Shown: piece by piece, positions 1-9,622 of the stretch
Layout: each line of letters begins with the position of its first letter
How positions within the stretch are numbered: the first letter of the stretch is position 1
From: Paramoeba atlantica
Taxonomy: Eukaryota; Protista; Discosea
Assembly (NCBI GenBank): GCA_977017575.1
Contig: CDRNVI010000043.1
Coordinates: forward strand, 558,001 to 622,000
DNA: 64,000 nt
Direction: 5' to 3'
Notes under the pieces: model-generated
What the model was told of the DNA's origin: nothing
The model's database searches: none
Seen by the model: only the letters and a program-made list of their open reading frames with translations
Translations under genes and position numbers: made by a program

Positions 1-349
1 GCAGAGAAGTTTTCGAAAAAAAACCGCAGAAAGGGTAGCCGGGGTCTTGGCACGCATTTTCCACCCCCCTACCCGGGGGTGACCCCCCTGCGGATCCGCA
101 GGACCTCCCTGCGTATGCGCAGGACGGGTCCGCCGAGTTCGAATTTTTTCGGAAATTTTTTTTTGAAAAAAATTTTAACGTGGCGAAAAAAATGGCAAAA
201 AAAATATTTTTCCAAAATCGTTTCCCTTATTGTATTTTGATAGTTTGGGACCTACACTAGCTTTCTCCGCAGTTGTTTTCGCAAGGTATCCCTTCTTCGA
301 ACCGTGGTGCGCCCCTCAAAATGACCCATTCTTGACCAAAAAAGGTGAA

Positions 350-551
350 AAAGTATTTTTCGGACCTAAAGGGGCATTTTTGTGTCGAAAGAATGGTATG
401 GTTGGAGTCGTATTCTCTACCCAATACGTTCGGTAGGCTTCCATTCATGTCTACGAGTGATTTCCCACGCGCAAATTTCGGATTTAGTGCTCTGAGAGCA
501 AAAATATGCGAAAATCACCCGATTTTTACCCGAAATTCGGCTATTTTTGGC
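350..551. repeat. Dispersed ~200-bp repeat, copy 1 (copy 2 at 2211-2412)
   Basis: Gap-free alignment of 350-551 with 2211-2412, about 21 mismatches in 202 bp by manual count (~90% identity). Confidence 0.9.
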
Positions 552-616
552 TAGTACAAGCATAGTGTAGTTTTGCAGTACTAGTACAAGCATAGTAGTT
601 TTGCATAGTACAAGCA
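551..616. repeat. Short tandem repeat (CTAGTACAAGCATAG...TTTTGCA units, ~2.4 copies)
   Basis: ctagtacaagcatagt at 551 and 581; tagtacaagca again at ~606. Confidence 0.75.
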
Positions 617-1113
617 CGCAAGTATGCGAGTGCTATGTGAGACTTGAGAGAAAAACTTGGATCGTCCCATAATAAGGAGCATAGTCTGCACATTCCAGAA
701 AATTTAATCCAAGATGAAAGCGGGCCGATAGGTGGCTTAGAAAGGGAAGTTAAAGGGGACGGCGAAGACGGTAGTGAAGGGGATAATGGAGGGATAACGA
801 AGGGGGCTATGATGGGGATGATGAAGAGGACGATGATAGAGACGATGAAGCTAACGAGCTCCGACTCCTGCCTTCCAATTTCGTCCGTAGAACTCCACGC
901 AAGACCATTCGCCTAAAAATAGAGCAGAAAAAGAAATACATACAGTATGTAGAAGTGAAATAACCCCCCCCAATGAAACGTGACCCACCCCTTTTTTTCG
1001 TACAAGTGTCCGTTTGAGCTGATTTTTGTTGCATTTTGCAGATCTCAACACAAAGACTTTGGGCGAGAAGGAATGAAACTAAAAGAAGCGAATAAGTATA
1101 ATTTAGAGAGAGA

Positions 1114-1462
1114 TTACCATTTTGTCACTTTTTCGCCGTTCAACTTTATACACTGTTTAAGGCGAGAGTCAAAGCTTAAGACCGTTTTGTCGCTCACTTT
1201 TTGAGGCAAAGAAGACAATTCTTTACGTACACATCGGATAAGTGAAGGCTTGTCCGATGGGGTTTGTTCGTCCACTGCCTTTTGAACCATAGACCAGACG
1301 TTTTCTATGGGGGAAAAGTCTGGTGAATTGGGGGGGCAGTTTTTCAATACATCTTTCATTCTACTTGTAATGTAGTCCTTAGAGGCATGGGCGGTGTGCC
1401 GTGGCCCCATCCTGTTGAAAAATACAATTCATGGGGAAAGTTACCCTTTTGAGCGTCTCTAT
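1114..1462 (-). pseudogene. Tc1-type transposase, C-terminal fragment (frameshifted)
   Basis: IETLKRVTFPMNCIFQQDGATAH, then a frameshift into ...PPNSPDFSPIENVWSMV..., the Tc1 DDE C-terminal motif. Confidence 0.85.
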
Positions 1463-1748
1463 GGAACCCATGCAGTTTTGGCTCGCAGTGGCTGGCAGCG
1501 TTTGACAGCGTACGGCAGCATGTGGCAGCGTATGACATAATTTTGAAAAAAAAATGACATATACTAATTATTGGTCGGACTTTTATTTGAAAAATTAATA
1601 TTTCTACTAGATTCCTTTCGTTTACAAGAACAAAACATTTTATTGATCGTGTCAGAGGAGTACGTTCAGGTTGGAAGGGATAGATTTCCACTGCGTTACT
1701 GTGGGACATGCGATCAAAAAAACCCTTCACTCTATTGAGTCCGAAAGC

Positions 1749-2297
1749 ATGTTTGTATTGCGCTACAAACTTCTCGTGGAGAAACCGGTGGAGAAACTTC
1801 CCGACGTGATTGCGGAAGTGGAATCGTGCCTTTCGTGTGGGTATGCGAACGTACCCGTGAGAGCTGTAATATGCCCCCAATGCCACAGGCGCAAGAACGC
1901 GGAACTATTGACTCACATGGATAAGGAAAAGCTTCGTTCTGCGGGACTGAATGTTGAAAGCGCGCAACGCGTGTGCTGCAAATACGCAAAATACATGTTG
2001 TGCGGGAAGCGCCTAAGTCCTTCAGATGTGGCTTACATCCTTTGGCAAATTGAGATGTCTCGTCAGGCCAGGCAGAATTGTAGAAGGGACGGCTCGTATA
2101 TCCGAGCGGCTCGTAGCTTAAACTCTCACTTTTTTCCGCACGGGATTCACGCAGACGATGAGCGAGTCACATCTAATATTCAAAAAAAAAATGTGTGGGT
2201 GGCCTATGATAAAGTATTTTTCGGACCCCAAGGGGCCTTTTTGTGTCGAAAGAATGGTGTGGTTGGAGTCGCATTCTCTACCCAATACGTTCGGTAG
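1749..2297 (+). CDS. Cargo ORF inside the Harbinger-like element, with a CxxC-x11-CxxC zinc-ribbon-like motif
   Basis: ATG at 1749 (open frame from 1671); CLSCGYANVPVRAVICPQC; the last ~30 codons run into the 200-bp dispersed repeat. Confidence 0.4.
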   Translation: MFVLRYKLLVEKPVEKLPDVIAEVESCLSCGYANVPVRAVICPQCHRRKNAELLTHMDKEKLRSAGLNVESAQRVCCKYAKYMLCGKRLSPSDVAYILWQIEMSRQARQNCRRDGSYIRAARSLNSHFFPHGIHADDERVTSNIQKKNVWVAYDKVFFGPQGAFLCRKNGVVGVAFSTQYVR

Positions 2298-2412
2298 GCT
2301 TTGCTTCATCCCTACGAGTCATTTCCCACACGCAAATATCAGATTTAGTGCTCTGAGAGCAAAAATACCCAAAAATGACCCCATTTTTATCCGAAAATCG
2401 GCTATTTTTGGC
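2211..2412. repeat. Dispersed ~200-bp repeat, copy 2
   Basis: ~90% identical to 350-551. Confidence 0.9.
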
Positions 2413-2451
2413 CACAATCTTTCCGTTTTCTTCAGCTTTCCAGGCCAAATT

Positions 2452-2566
2452 TTCTTTTTTAGGCTCTTCGTTAAACGCGGTGGTAGTTTTCCACGCGAAG
2501 CGCGCAGCATGTGTGACTTCTAAGTTGAAAACAACCACCGCGTTTAACGAAGAGTCTAAAAAAGAA
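2452..2566. mobile_element. Small foldback/MITE-like element, family L copy 1
   Basis: ~43-bp inverted arms TTCTTTTTTAGGCTCTTCGTTAAACGCGGTGGT... / ...ACCACCGCGTTTAACGAAGAGTCTAAAAAAGAA; further copies at 39827-39932 and, partially, 24143-24182. Confidence 0.8.
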
Positions 2567-2737
2567 TTTAACTATTAATAGTACAAAAACCACTTGTCTA
2601 CATGTTCGGGTAACCAGCTGGTTTGGCTTCAGGGAGAGAGGCCCTCAGAGGACGTTTTTGGCTCGCAGTGGCTGGCAGCGTGTGGCTTGGCTGGCAGCGT
2701 GTGGCACTGGCTCGCAGTGGCGGTCTGCATGGGTTCC

Positions 2738-3010
2738 TATGTAGGACATACATATGTACTCGTGATAGACGAGTCAGAATCCAGAATAACCAAGTATCTC
2801 CACCCTACTCCTATGGCACCCCCAACTTGATATCTTGGCGCCCAGCGTACTTTTCGACGCGGGGCTGCTTTTTGACTGGGTGCTACCCGCACATTCGCGA
2901 AATGGCTTCCTTTTTGACACACCCTGACCGTCTCTCATCCTTAACAAAAGCTTTCCGCTATTCGTAAGCCCCCCTTTCGGTAGCCGAAAAGGAGACTTCG
3001 GCATTTTTCC
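2738..3010 (-). pseudogene. Tc1-type transposase, N-terminal fragment
   Basis: MPKSPFRLPKGGLTNSGKLLLRMRDGQGV matches MTKSPYRLPKGALTDSGKVLLKMRHAEGV of copy 2; VGWRYLVILDSDSSITS matches YLVILPNDTSITS. Confidence 0.75.
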
Positions 3011-3235
3011 GAAAAAATGAAGTTTTTCAAAAAAAAAAATCAGTTTTTTTAAAGATTTTAAAAGAGCTGAAAATAGCGGGAACGTACAGATCTCAAAATT
3101 TTGAACGATAATGTGGTGCCGTAACCCCCCTACACCCCCCTGTGCGAAAAACAAGGGTGGGTCACCTATTCGTTGGGGGGGGGTTATATGTAGAAATTTC
3201 GCTTCTAATTTTTTAAATTTGTCACTTTTTTTAAA

Positions 3236-3344
3236 GCGACAGATAACTAAGGGGCGTGGTCGACGGAAAAAATGTTCGACGGGCCGAAAAGCGACAGATA
3301 ACTAGGGGGCAGTGGGGGGGGGGTGACAGATAACTAGGGGGGTA
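3236..3344. repeat. Array of G(T/C)GACAGATAACTAGGGG motifs (transposon-end family F)
   Basis: Three copies at 3236, 3291 and 3323, ending GGGGGG-TA; the same motif array occurs at 25417-25620. Confidence 0.75.
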
Positions 3345-3516
3345 CAGTAAATTATAAATTTTCGGCCCTGTACTTATTAAAAACTTCCTACCAGTATGAA
3401 ACAGTACCAGGTATTGTATGCCAGATCCCATGCTGCCTCGGACCCTTGTGTGTCATGCTTTTACCGGATTCAACCTGTCCTTGTTGCTATATTTTTCCAT
3501 TTTTTACTGTATCTCC

Positions 3517-3810
3517 ATGGAACCACAAGCAACAAGGCCATATGCGTCACAGGACCCTACTACGGAATCACGTGACGTGACCGAACCTACGACATTCATT
3601 ACTATGCAACCCTGTTCCCCGGATTCCAAAGTAAAAGCATGCCGCTCAGCTGATAATATTGGCCGAAGTGCTCATGACATGCCAAAATGCAATATTGTCC
3701 CGTCTGCGCTACAGCTTTACTATCCACCCATGTCTCACCTCAAACTTTATTCAACGGTTCCAAAAAAGAGCGACCCGGTACCTACGACGATGGATTGGTC
3801 GGATTTCTAA
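3517..3810 (+). CDS. Possible small Ser/Thr/Pro-rich hypothetical protein, opposite strand to all other host genes
   Basis: ORF only (MEPQATRPYASQDPTTES...); no recognisable motif. Confidence 0.15.
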   Translation: MEPQATRPYASQDPTTESRDVTEPTTFITMQPCSPDSKVKACRSADNIGRSAHDMPKCNIVPSALQLYYPPMSHLKLYSTVPKKSDPVPTTMDWSDF

Positions 3811-4386
3811 TTAGTTTATACGTAGCAGCAAAAGAGGTCGCATAAATGCACTGCATATACGTGTGTAAACACGCAATTACATGTGTTTCATATGTAAATT
3901 ATGAAAATATGCAAAAATAAACGGTTCTCTATGTTTCTATCATATGAACGTAAACAATGTAGCAATCCGATATTCGGCAATGGGGGTGAGCCCTGATCAT
4001 CCAAGCCAATGAAAAGGTAACAAGCACAAAGTACGCGATTATCGTACAGATCAAAATGATTGCCTTGACTTCAACTATGCGTGTGAAACGTATAGAGTTC
4101 ACTCATTTTTTCAACATATTACATCAGCATAAAAGATATGCCATATTTTTTCAAGTAGCCGACTTACACGTCAATATTGGATATTCAAATAAAAACTTTT
4201 TTCAAATCTATCGAATTTATAACATCTACAATGGAAAATATGAATAATCTAAATTATGGAACGTGATTCAAATCAAGTAGCATCAATACATCGCGAAATC
4301 CGAGTTTCACATGATCAATACAAAAACTCAGCAACGTGGTTAAAAAACAATGCAAAATACACGACGACAGGTAACAAGTAGCTGGG

Positions 4387-6363
4387 CTATTTTTTCTCTT
4401 CCGAAGAACCCTCTGACTCTGGTTTCGCTTCCTGTCCTTCAGTGGAGTTCGAAGACGTGGAACTGGAACCGGTGGTATTCTTGGCGGCAGCTTGCTGATA
4501 CTCCGTACGCCCGCACTCCATCACAGCCTTTTGTAGTTTGTCCGTGGCCGCTTGAAGCTCATCCTTGCCCGAATTCGCATTGTCCATGCACGTGCGTAGT
4601 TCAGAGACAAGTTTGCGCACGTTTTCCTTCTCTGCGTCACTAACATATTTCCAGTCTCCTAGTTGACGTTCAGCTGTGTTGAGTTGTGTGTCCGCATTGT
4701 TCTTGCATTCAACTAGATCGCGCTTTTTGCGATCCGCTTCGGCGTGCATTTCTGAATCCTTAATCATTTGCTGTACTTCGGAGCTAGAAAGGCCACCATT
4801 CGCCTGGATAGTGATGTTTTGCTCTCGTCCTGTAGCCTTATCCTTGGCAGTGACGTGGCAGATGCCGTTGGCATCAATGTCAAAGGTGACTTCGATTTGG
4901 GGTACGCCACGAGGTGCGGGAGGAATACCTACCAAGTCGAACTGCCCAAGGATTTGATTATCCGAGGCCATTTCACGCTCCCCTTGAAACACCTTGATAC
5001 CCACCTGTGTTTGGTTGTCAGCGGCCGTACTGAACACTTGGCTTTTCTTAGTTGGGATAGTAGTGTTCTTGTTAATCATCCGAGTAAAGACGCCACCAAG
5101 AGTTTCAATTCCTAGTGAGAGAGGGGTCACGTCAAGCAATACCAAGCCTTTTACTTCACCGCGCATCACACCTCCCTGAATGGCTGCACCTACTGCAACA
5201 ACCTCGTCGGGGTTGACACCTTTAAAGGGCTCTCGGCCAAAAAATTGCTTCACGACTTCAACTACCTTCGGCATTCGGGTCATCCCTCCCACCATGACGA
5301 CCTCTTGTACACCTTTCGCATCAACACCCGCGTCCTTCAGACATACTTTTACGGGGCCGATGCTCCTCTGGACAAGGTGTTCAACAAGGCCTTCAAACTT
5401 GGCGCGCGTAAGATTCATTTGAATGTGCTGAGGACCTTCGCTGTTCGCGCTGATGAAGGGAAGATTGATTTCGGTTTGCGTCGCCGAAGACAGTTCACAC
5501 TTGGCCTTCTCCGCTGCCTCTCGAACACGCTGCAGAGCCATCTTCTCTTTCGAAAGATCAATTCCTGTAGATTTTTTAAAGTCGTTCAGAATGTGATCTG
5601 TCAAAAGTGCGTCGAAGTCCTCTCCTCCCAGGAAAGTGTCTCCATTTGTCGCTTTCACTTCGAAGACGCCGCCGGCAATCTCAAGAATTGAAATATCAAA
5701 TGTACCACCACCCAAGTCGTAGATAGCAACGATGCGATCCTTTTCCTTGTCCATACCATACGCAATAGCAGCGGCCGTCGGCTCATTGATGATGCGGGCA
5801 ACATTTAACCCGGCAATCTGCCCTGCATCCGTAGTCGCAGTACGCTGTTGATCATTGAAATAGGCCGGGACAGTAACTATCGCGTGCTTTACTTTGCGGC
5901 CTAGATGACTTTCCGCAGTCTCTTTCATTTTTTGTAAGACAAACGCACCAATTTGTGACGGAGAATACCGCTTGCCGTTAGCGTCCTCGACCCAGGCATC
6001 ACCATTCGTGTGTCGTGCAATCTTGTACGAAACCATCTTCTTGTGCTTTTCTGTCATAGAATCCTCAAAGCGGCGTCCGATCAAACGCTTAACCGCGTAG
6101 AATGTGCTCGAAGGATTCGTCACCGCTTGGCGTTTCGCTGCGTGACCCACAAGCTTTTCTTCGCCCTTAAAGGCAACAATGGAGGGCGTCGTCCGCATAC
6201 CCTCGGCATTCTCCAAGACACGGGGCTTGCCTCCTTCCATCACTGCCACACAGCTGTTGGTCGTGCCTAAATCAATACCTATGACGTCTCCGTCAAGCTT
6301 GGAAGTAGCGTACTGACGAATACCGGCTAAGGAAAGCGAACCAAGGGAGCGGCGGACAAGCAT
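4387..6363 (-). CDS. mtHSP70: Mitochondrial Hsp70 (DnaK-type)
   Basis: [31 protein letters not shown]; short Arg-containing presequence (MLVRRS); C-terminus [11 protein letters not shown]...[21 protein letters not shown] resembles kinetoplastid mtHsp70. Confidence 0.97.
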   Translation of the reverse strand: MLVRRSLGSLSLAGIRQYATSKLDGDVIGIDLGTTNSCVAVMEGGKPRVLENAEGMRTTPSIVAFKGEEKLVGHAAKRQAVTNPSSTFYAVKRLIGRRFEDSMTEKHKKMVSYKIARHTNGDAWVEDANGKRYSPSQIGAFVLQKMKETAESHLGRKVKHAIVTVPAYFNDQQRTATTDAGQIAGLNVARIINEPTAAAIAYGMDKEKDRIVAIYDLGGGTFDISILEIAGGVFEVKATNGDTFLGGEDFDALLTDHILNDFKKSTGIDLSKEKMALQRVREAAEKAKCELSSATQTEINLPFISANSEGPQHIQMNLTRAKFEGLVEHLVQRSIGPVKVCLKDAGVDAKGVQEVVMVGGMTRMPKVVEVVKQFFGREPFKGVNPDEVVAVGAAIQGGVMRGEVKGLVLLDVTPLSLGIETLGGVFTRMINKNTTIPTKKSQVFSTAADNQTQVGIKVFQGEREMASDNQILGQFDLVGIPPAPRGVPQIEVTFDIDANGICHVTAKDKATGREQNITIQANGGLSSSEVQQMIKDSEMHAEADRKKRDLVECKNNADTQLNTAERQLGDWKYVSDAEKENVRKLVSELRTCMDNANSGKDELQAATDKLQKAVMECGRTEYQQAAAKNTTGSSSTSSNSTEGQEAKPESEGSSEEKK

Positions 6364-6489
6364 CGTTATGGAATCAGAAAAGTTAAGTAAAATTGAGCTG
6401 AAAACTTAAAAAGTATATGAGAAGTCATTTAGCGCATTAGGTTAAAATCATGAGATCGATGGCTACGAGAAAAGAACGTGTACAAAATT

Positions 6490-7530
6490 TTAAGATGTTT
6501 TTACATCTGTGATGCGATCCGCATATGGTTCTGTTAGAATGAAGCATTTTAGTAAGTGATCATTCCAGATGGGAACTATGGCGCACGAACTAGGTGTTGG
6601 ACTTTCACTTTTATCGTGAACTTCGCTCGTATTTTTCTCGGACGAGTGTTCAGATGATGGTACTTGATCACTCCTCAGTGCTCTTGAATGAACGGAATAA
6701 GGACCATGTAAAATTTTTCGGTGGTCAGGAACAACATTTTCTGTGCCGTAGCTAATTTCTGGAATAGCTATCCAAGAAGAACCTTGCATCACAATATTCG
6801 ATCCCCCCTTGTCCGGAATCCCCTTTTCGCCTTCTTCAATAGTTCCGTTGGTAGGAAGACTATAGACAGCTAAATCGAGTAATAATTCAAATGCTGGCAT
6901 ACTTGGATTTGAAAATCTCGGCTCTTGAATAATTTTCCTTTGAGAAACGTTACTGTGGGAAGAGTTGAGTCTCGGATCGTACTGGCAGGCTATGGTCCGC
7001 TCCAGCAGTCCAATCAGACTGTCACGCATGCACATGGGCGACTCTGTCAAACAGGAATTTGTCAAATAACCTTGCTTCTTTCTTGAAGCTGCGCGGTTTC
7101 TAATGTGATCAATATTGAATGTCAAAACTTTCGATGAAACGAAACAGCAAGGAACCACATTTTCAAATTCAAGCGTCACTCCTTCGTTTGGAGCAGTGCG
7201 GATTCGCGCACGACGTATTCCCAAGTAAGGACATTTAGACGTATCTTCCACTGACCATACCTGCGAGATACCTTGAATAAGAGGGTCTTCCAGTAATTCT
7301 GTTATGTAGTACTCCACCGCTTTGTGCTTGCACCGATAATAGAAATATGATCTGCTTGTGTAGGAATTAGAGTTCTTTAATGTTTCCTCATTCTCAAAAA
7401 TATGACCAGGAACTTTGCATTGCTCAAAACATTCTTTCGGATAACACCCACGGGCGTACACCACCTGATGAATCCAGACTTCAAGATATAATTTCCAAGT
7501 TATCGTACACTCTTCGTCCATTGCTTTCAT
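6490..7530 (-). CDS. REV7: HORMA-domain protein, REV7/MAD2L2-like
   Basis: N-terminal LYLEVWIHQVVYARGCYPKECF...CKHKAVEYYITELL resembles REV7 FLEVAVHLILYVREVYP..IF...CHPELNQYI. Confidence 0.6.
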   Translation of the reverse strand: MKAMDEECTITWKLYLEVWIHQVVYARGCYPKECFEQCKVPGHIFENEETLKNSNSYTSRSYFYYRCKHKAVEYYITELLEDPLIQGISQVWSVEDTSKCPYLGIRRARIRTAPNEGVTLEFENVVPCCFVSSKVLTFNIDHIRNRAASRKKQGYLTNSCLTESPMCMRDSLIGLLERTIACQYDPRLNSSHSNVSQRKIIQEPRFSNPSMPAFELLLDLAVYSLPTNGTIEEGEKGIPDKGGSNIVMQGSSWIAIPEISYGTENVVPDHRKILHGPYSVHSRALRSDQVPSSEHSSEKNTSEVHDKSESPTPSSCAIVPIWNDHLLKCFILTEPYADRITDVKTS

Positions 7531-7572
7531 TCAGCTTTGGACTCCTGCAGTTTAATCTCAGAAGTGACGAAG

Positions 7573-8252
7573 TCACAAATATCGCATGCAGCGTAGTATT
7601 TTATATAGCGTTGTAAAACCTTCGGCTTCTGAGCATATGGTATCAATTTCGTCTGAAGTTAAGCTACAGTCCTTCGAATAATCCGGGCTAAAGTGGGCGA
7701 GGGAGCTACCGATAACACAGATGCGGCGGCTTCCCACAGGAAAGATGGTATCCCCCTTTTGGTATGAAAGCACTCGGGTGCATACAAAGTAGGAGATACC
7801 ATCTTTCCTGTGGGAGGCCGCCGCACCTGTGTTATCGGTAGCTCCCTCGCCTACTTTAGCCTGGATTACAGAGCCATGAAAACAAGTTCCCTAGGTATGC
7901 TTACAGCTTCCAACGCGAGGAAGTCGTCGTCCCTGACGCAAAAAGTCAGAAGTTCTGCTTTCGGCCTTGCGCCCCCTCCTTCCTCTACGGTCCTTGGTCA
8001 CACACTTCCAGTCAAATGAATCATGTGTGGTAATTTGCGCTTCGCAAATTGCTTACCGCGAATTTCGAATGATACATGTTCACGTTGTAAACCAACCCTG
8101 CGTTCAAGAAAGAGCCTAAAACAGAAACATTTAGAAAACACTGAAGAATAATTCTGTTCTCCGGCCAACACCTTTTTTCGCCCAAGAATATCAGATTTCC
8201 GTGTTTTGACCTGAGGTTTTGAATCCTTTACCAGTGGGGGTTGGTTAGGCAT
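7573..8252 (-). pseudogene. Disrupted ~165-aa hypothetical ORF (internal TGA plus MITE insertion)
   Basis: The frame from ATG 8252 continues past TGA (7998-8000); removing the MITE and one TA gives ...ELVFMALYSKDCSLTSDEIDTIC... in the same frame to the stop at 7573. Confidence 0.55.
7681..7866. mobile_element. MITE (foldback) with TA target-site duplication
   Basis: ~75-bp inverted arms (7681-7755 / 7792-7866, 5 mismatches), TA at 7679-80 and 7867-68; excision restores the flanking reading frame. Confidence 0.85.
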
Positions 8253-8747
8253 CTCATCGTAAAAACATCATAGAATCGTATCTGGGTTTCCAAGCTCTCA
8301 GAATACGGTTTGGCAATCTATTTTGAAAAAATACTTTTTAACTTTTTTTTCGGTAAAAAAATATTTTTGGGGAGCAAAAAATCCAAAAAAAAAATCCAAA
8401 TCATTCCGGATTGCTCCGGACGGTCACTGGCAAGCCAGACCCTTCACAGACAGATTTGGAAGTTCCGAGGCCGACGTCCTCGACCAGTTTCCGCCCGTCC
8501 AAGGCGGCACCAACATGCTGTTACCAACACCCTGCGTCGACGAATTGTACGTCAACACGGCTTACCCAAGAGGTGTAAGCCGGGTAAGGGAGCTGGTTCC
8601 CTGAGGGGAGGGTCCGGGACGGTCCTCCGAGTACTGGGCCTAGTCGGTTCTCAGCCCAGCCTCTTAGAGTGAGGCCGCCAGGAATAATGCGATGAGTGGG
8701 TTTGAACTCGCTATCTGAGCATCATGCGCTTCAAACTTTGAATTCTT

Positions 8748-8786
8748 GCCATCCAAAGATCCTCGTTCCACACGTTTTTGACCCTG
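8748..8786. mobile_element. hAT family E fragment, left of the nested hAT insertion
   Basis: gccatccaaagatcctcgttccacacgtttttgaccctg matches 28044-28082 in the family E copy and resumes at 12354. Confidence 0.75.
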
Positions 8787-8841
8787 CATAGTCTAACTAG
8801 TATACTAGTATATACTAAAACACTAGTATTCGGCTAGTATA

Positions 8842-9622
8842 CAGGGGGGATCACCAATATCGGGACACCTCCTATTTTTGGGCTGTGGGTCCGTTTCACC
8901 TGATTTTTGTTGCAAAAGAGAGATCTCGACGCGAATATGATCGGAACGACATTTTGCGCCTATTTAAACACACTTGTAAAAAATGGTATAAAAAAAATAA
9001 AAAAAATCTCTAAAAAATATGCAAATTTATGTAAGAATTGTGCAAATCCCGTTAAAATTGTCTGTTAAAGGATACAATTCTCTTTTATTGCACCGGGTCA
9101 TGGGCAAGCCCGTCGTGCGGGATTGCAAGCAGGCCTAAACATTATTGATTGGCCCTCAAAGTCACCTGACTTAAACTTGATAGAAAACTTGTGGTCAATC
9201 ATGGATGACTACATTCATAGTTCTTTGCGTCCGAAAAATAGGCATGAATTGCGAGAGGCCATACCCAAGGCTATTGAATGTCTCCTAACCGAAAAGCGGG
9301 ATATCCTAGAGAAGACTCTGAAGAGCCTCCCAAAACGGTTAGAAAGTGTAAGTGAGTTACGGAAGTGTAACGGAGGGGTTATTTCATACTAAATAATTTT
9401 TTCAATGCTTTTTAAGACATTTTTATCCACATTTTCAAATGTGCAAATTTTGAAAAAAATCGTTTTTGTCGTACACACCCTACTTTTTAGGTGTGTTTCA
9501 ATAGGCGCAAAATATCGTTCCGATCATATTCGCGTCGAGATCTCTCTTTTGCAACAAAAATCAGGTGAAACGGACACATGGCACAAAAATGGCGGGTGTC
9601 CCGATATTGGTGATCCCCCCTG
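8842..9622 (+). mobile_element. Tc1-like element, family B, internally deleted (781 bp)
   Basis: 132-bp TIRs starting CAGGGGGGATCACC, TA TSD (8840-41 / 9623-24); internal ORF 9123-9392 has DWPSKSPDLNLIENLWS. Confidence 0.92.
9123..9392 (+). pseudogene. Tc1 DDE transposase, C-terminal remnant
   Basis: IIDWPSKSPDLNLIENLWSIMD...LREAI...LPKRLESV...NGG motif. Confidence 0.85.

Larger units (their letters stand above)
1463..2737. mobile_element. Non-autonomous PIF/Harbinger-like element nested in the Tc1 transposase
   Basis: Perfect 13-bp TIR GGAACCCATGCAG (1463-1475) / CTGCATGGGTTCC (2725-2737); 3-bp TSD TAT (1460-1462, 2738-2740); removing it rejoins the Tc1 transposase (..TY|IET..) in register with copy 2. 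The superfamily call is inferred from the 3-bp TSD and GG termini only. Confidence 0.7.
963..3184 (-). mobile_element. Tc1-like DNA transposon, family A copy 1 (defective; carries a nested insertion at 1463-2737)
   Basis: Imperfect ~30-bp TIRs (ACCCCCCCCAATGAAACGTGACCCACCC / GGGTGGGTCACCTATTCGTTGGGGGGGGGT) flanked by TA at 961-962 and 3185-3186; collinear with copy 2 at 26587-27518. Confidence 0.85.

Noticed and set aside
620-940. Acidic reading frame (YDGDDEEDDDRDDEANEL...) on the plus strand
   Set aside because: No start codon and an in-frame stop upstream; possibly a decayed TE or gene tail, but unassignable
8460-8640. GGACCGTCCC and TCCTCG strings reminiscent of an HDV-like ribozyme
   Set aside because: I could not build the P1/P2/P3/P1.1 nested pseudoknot on either strand
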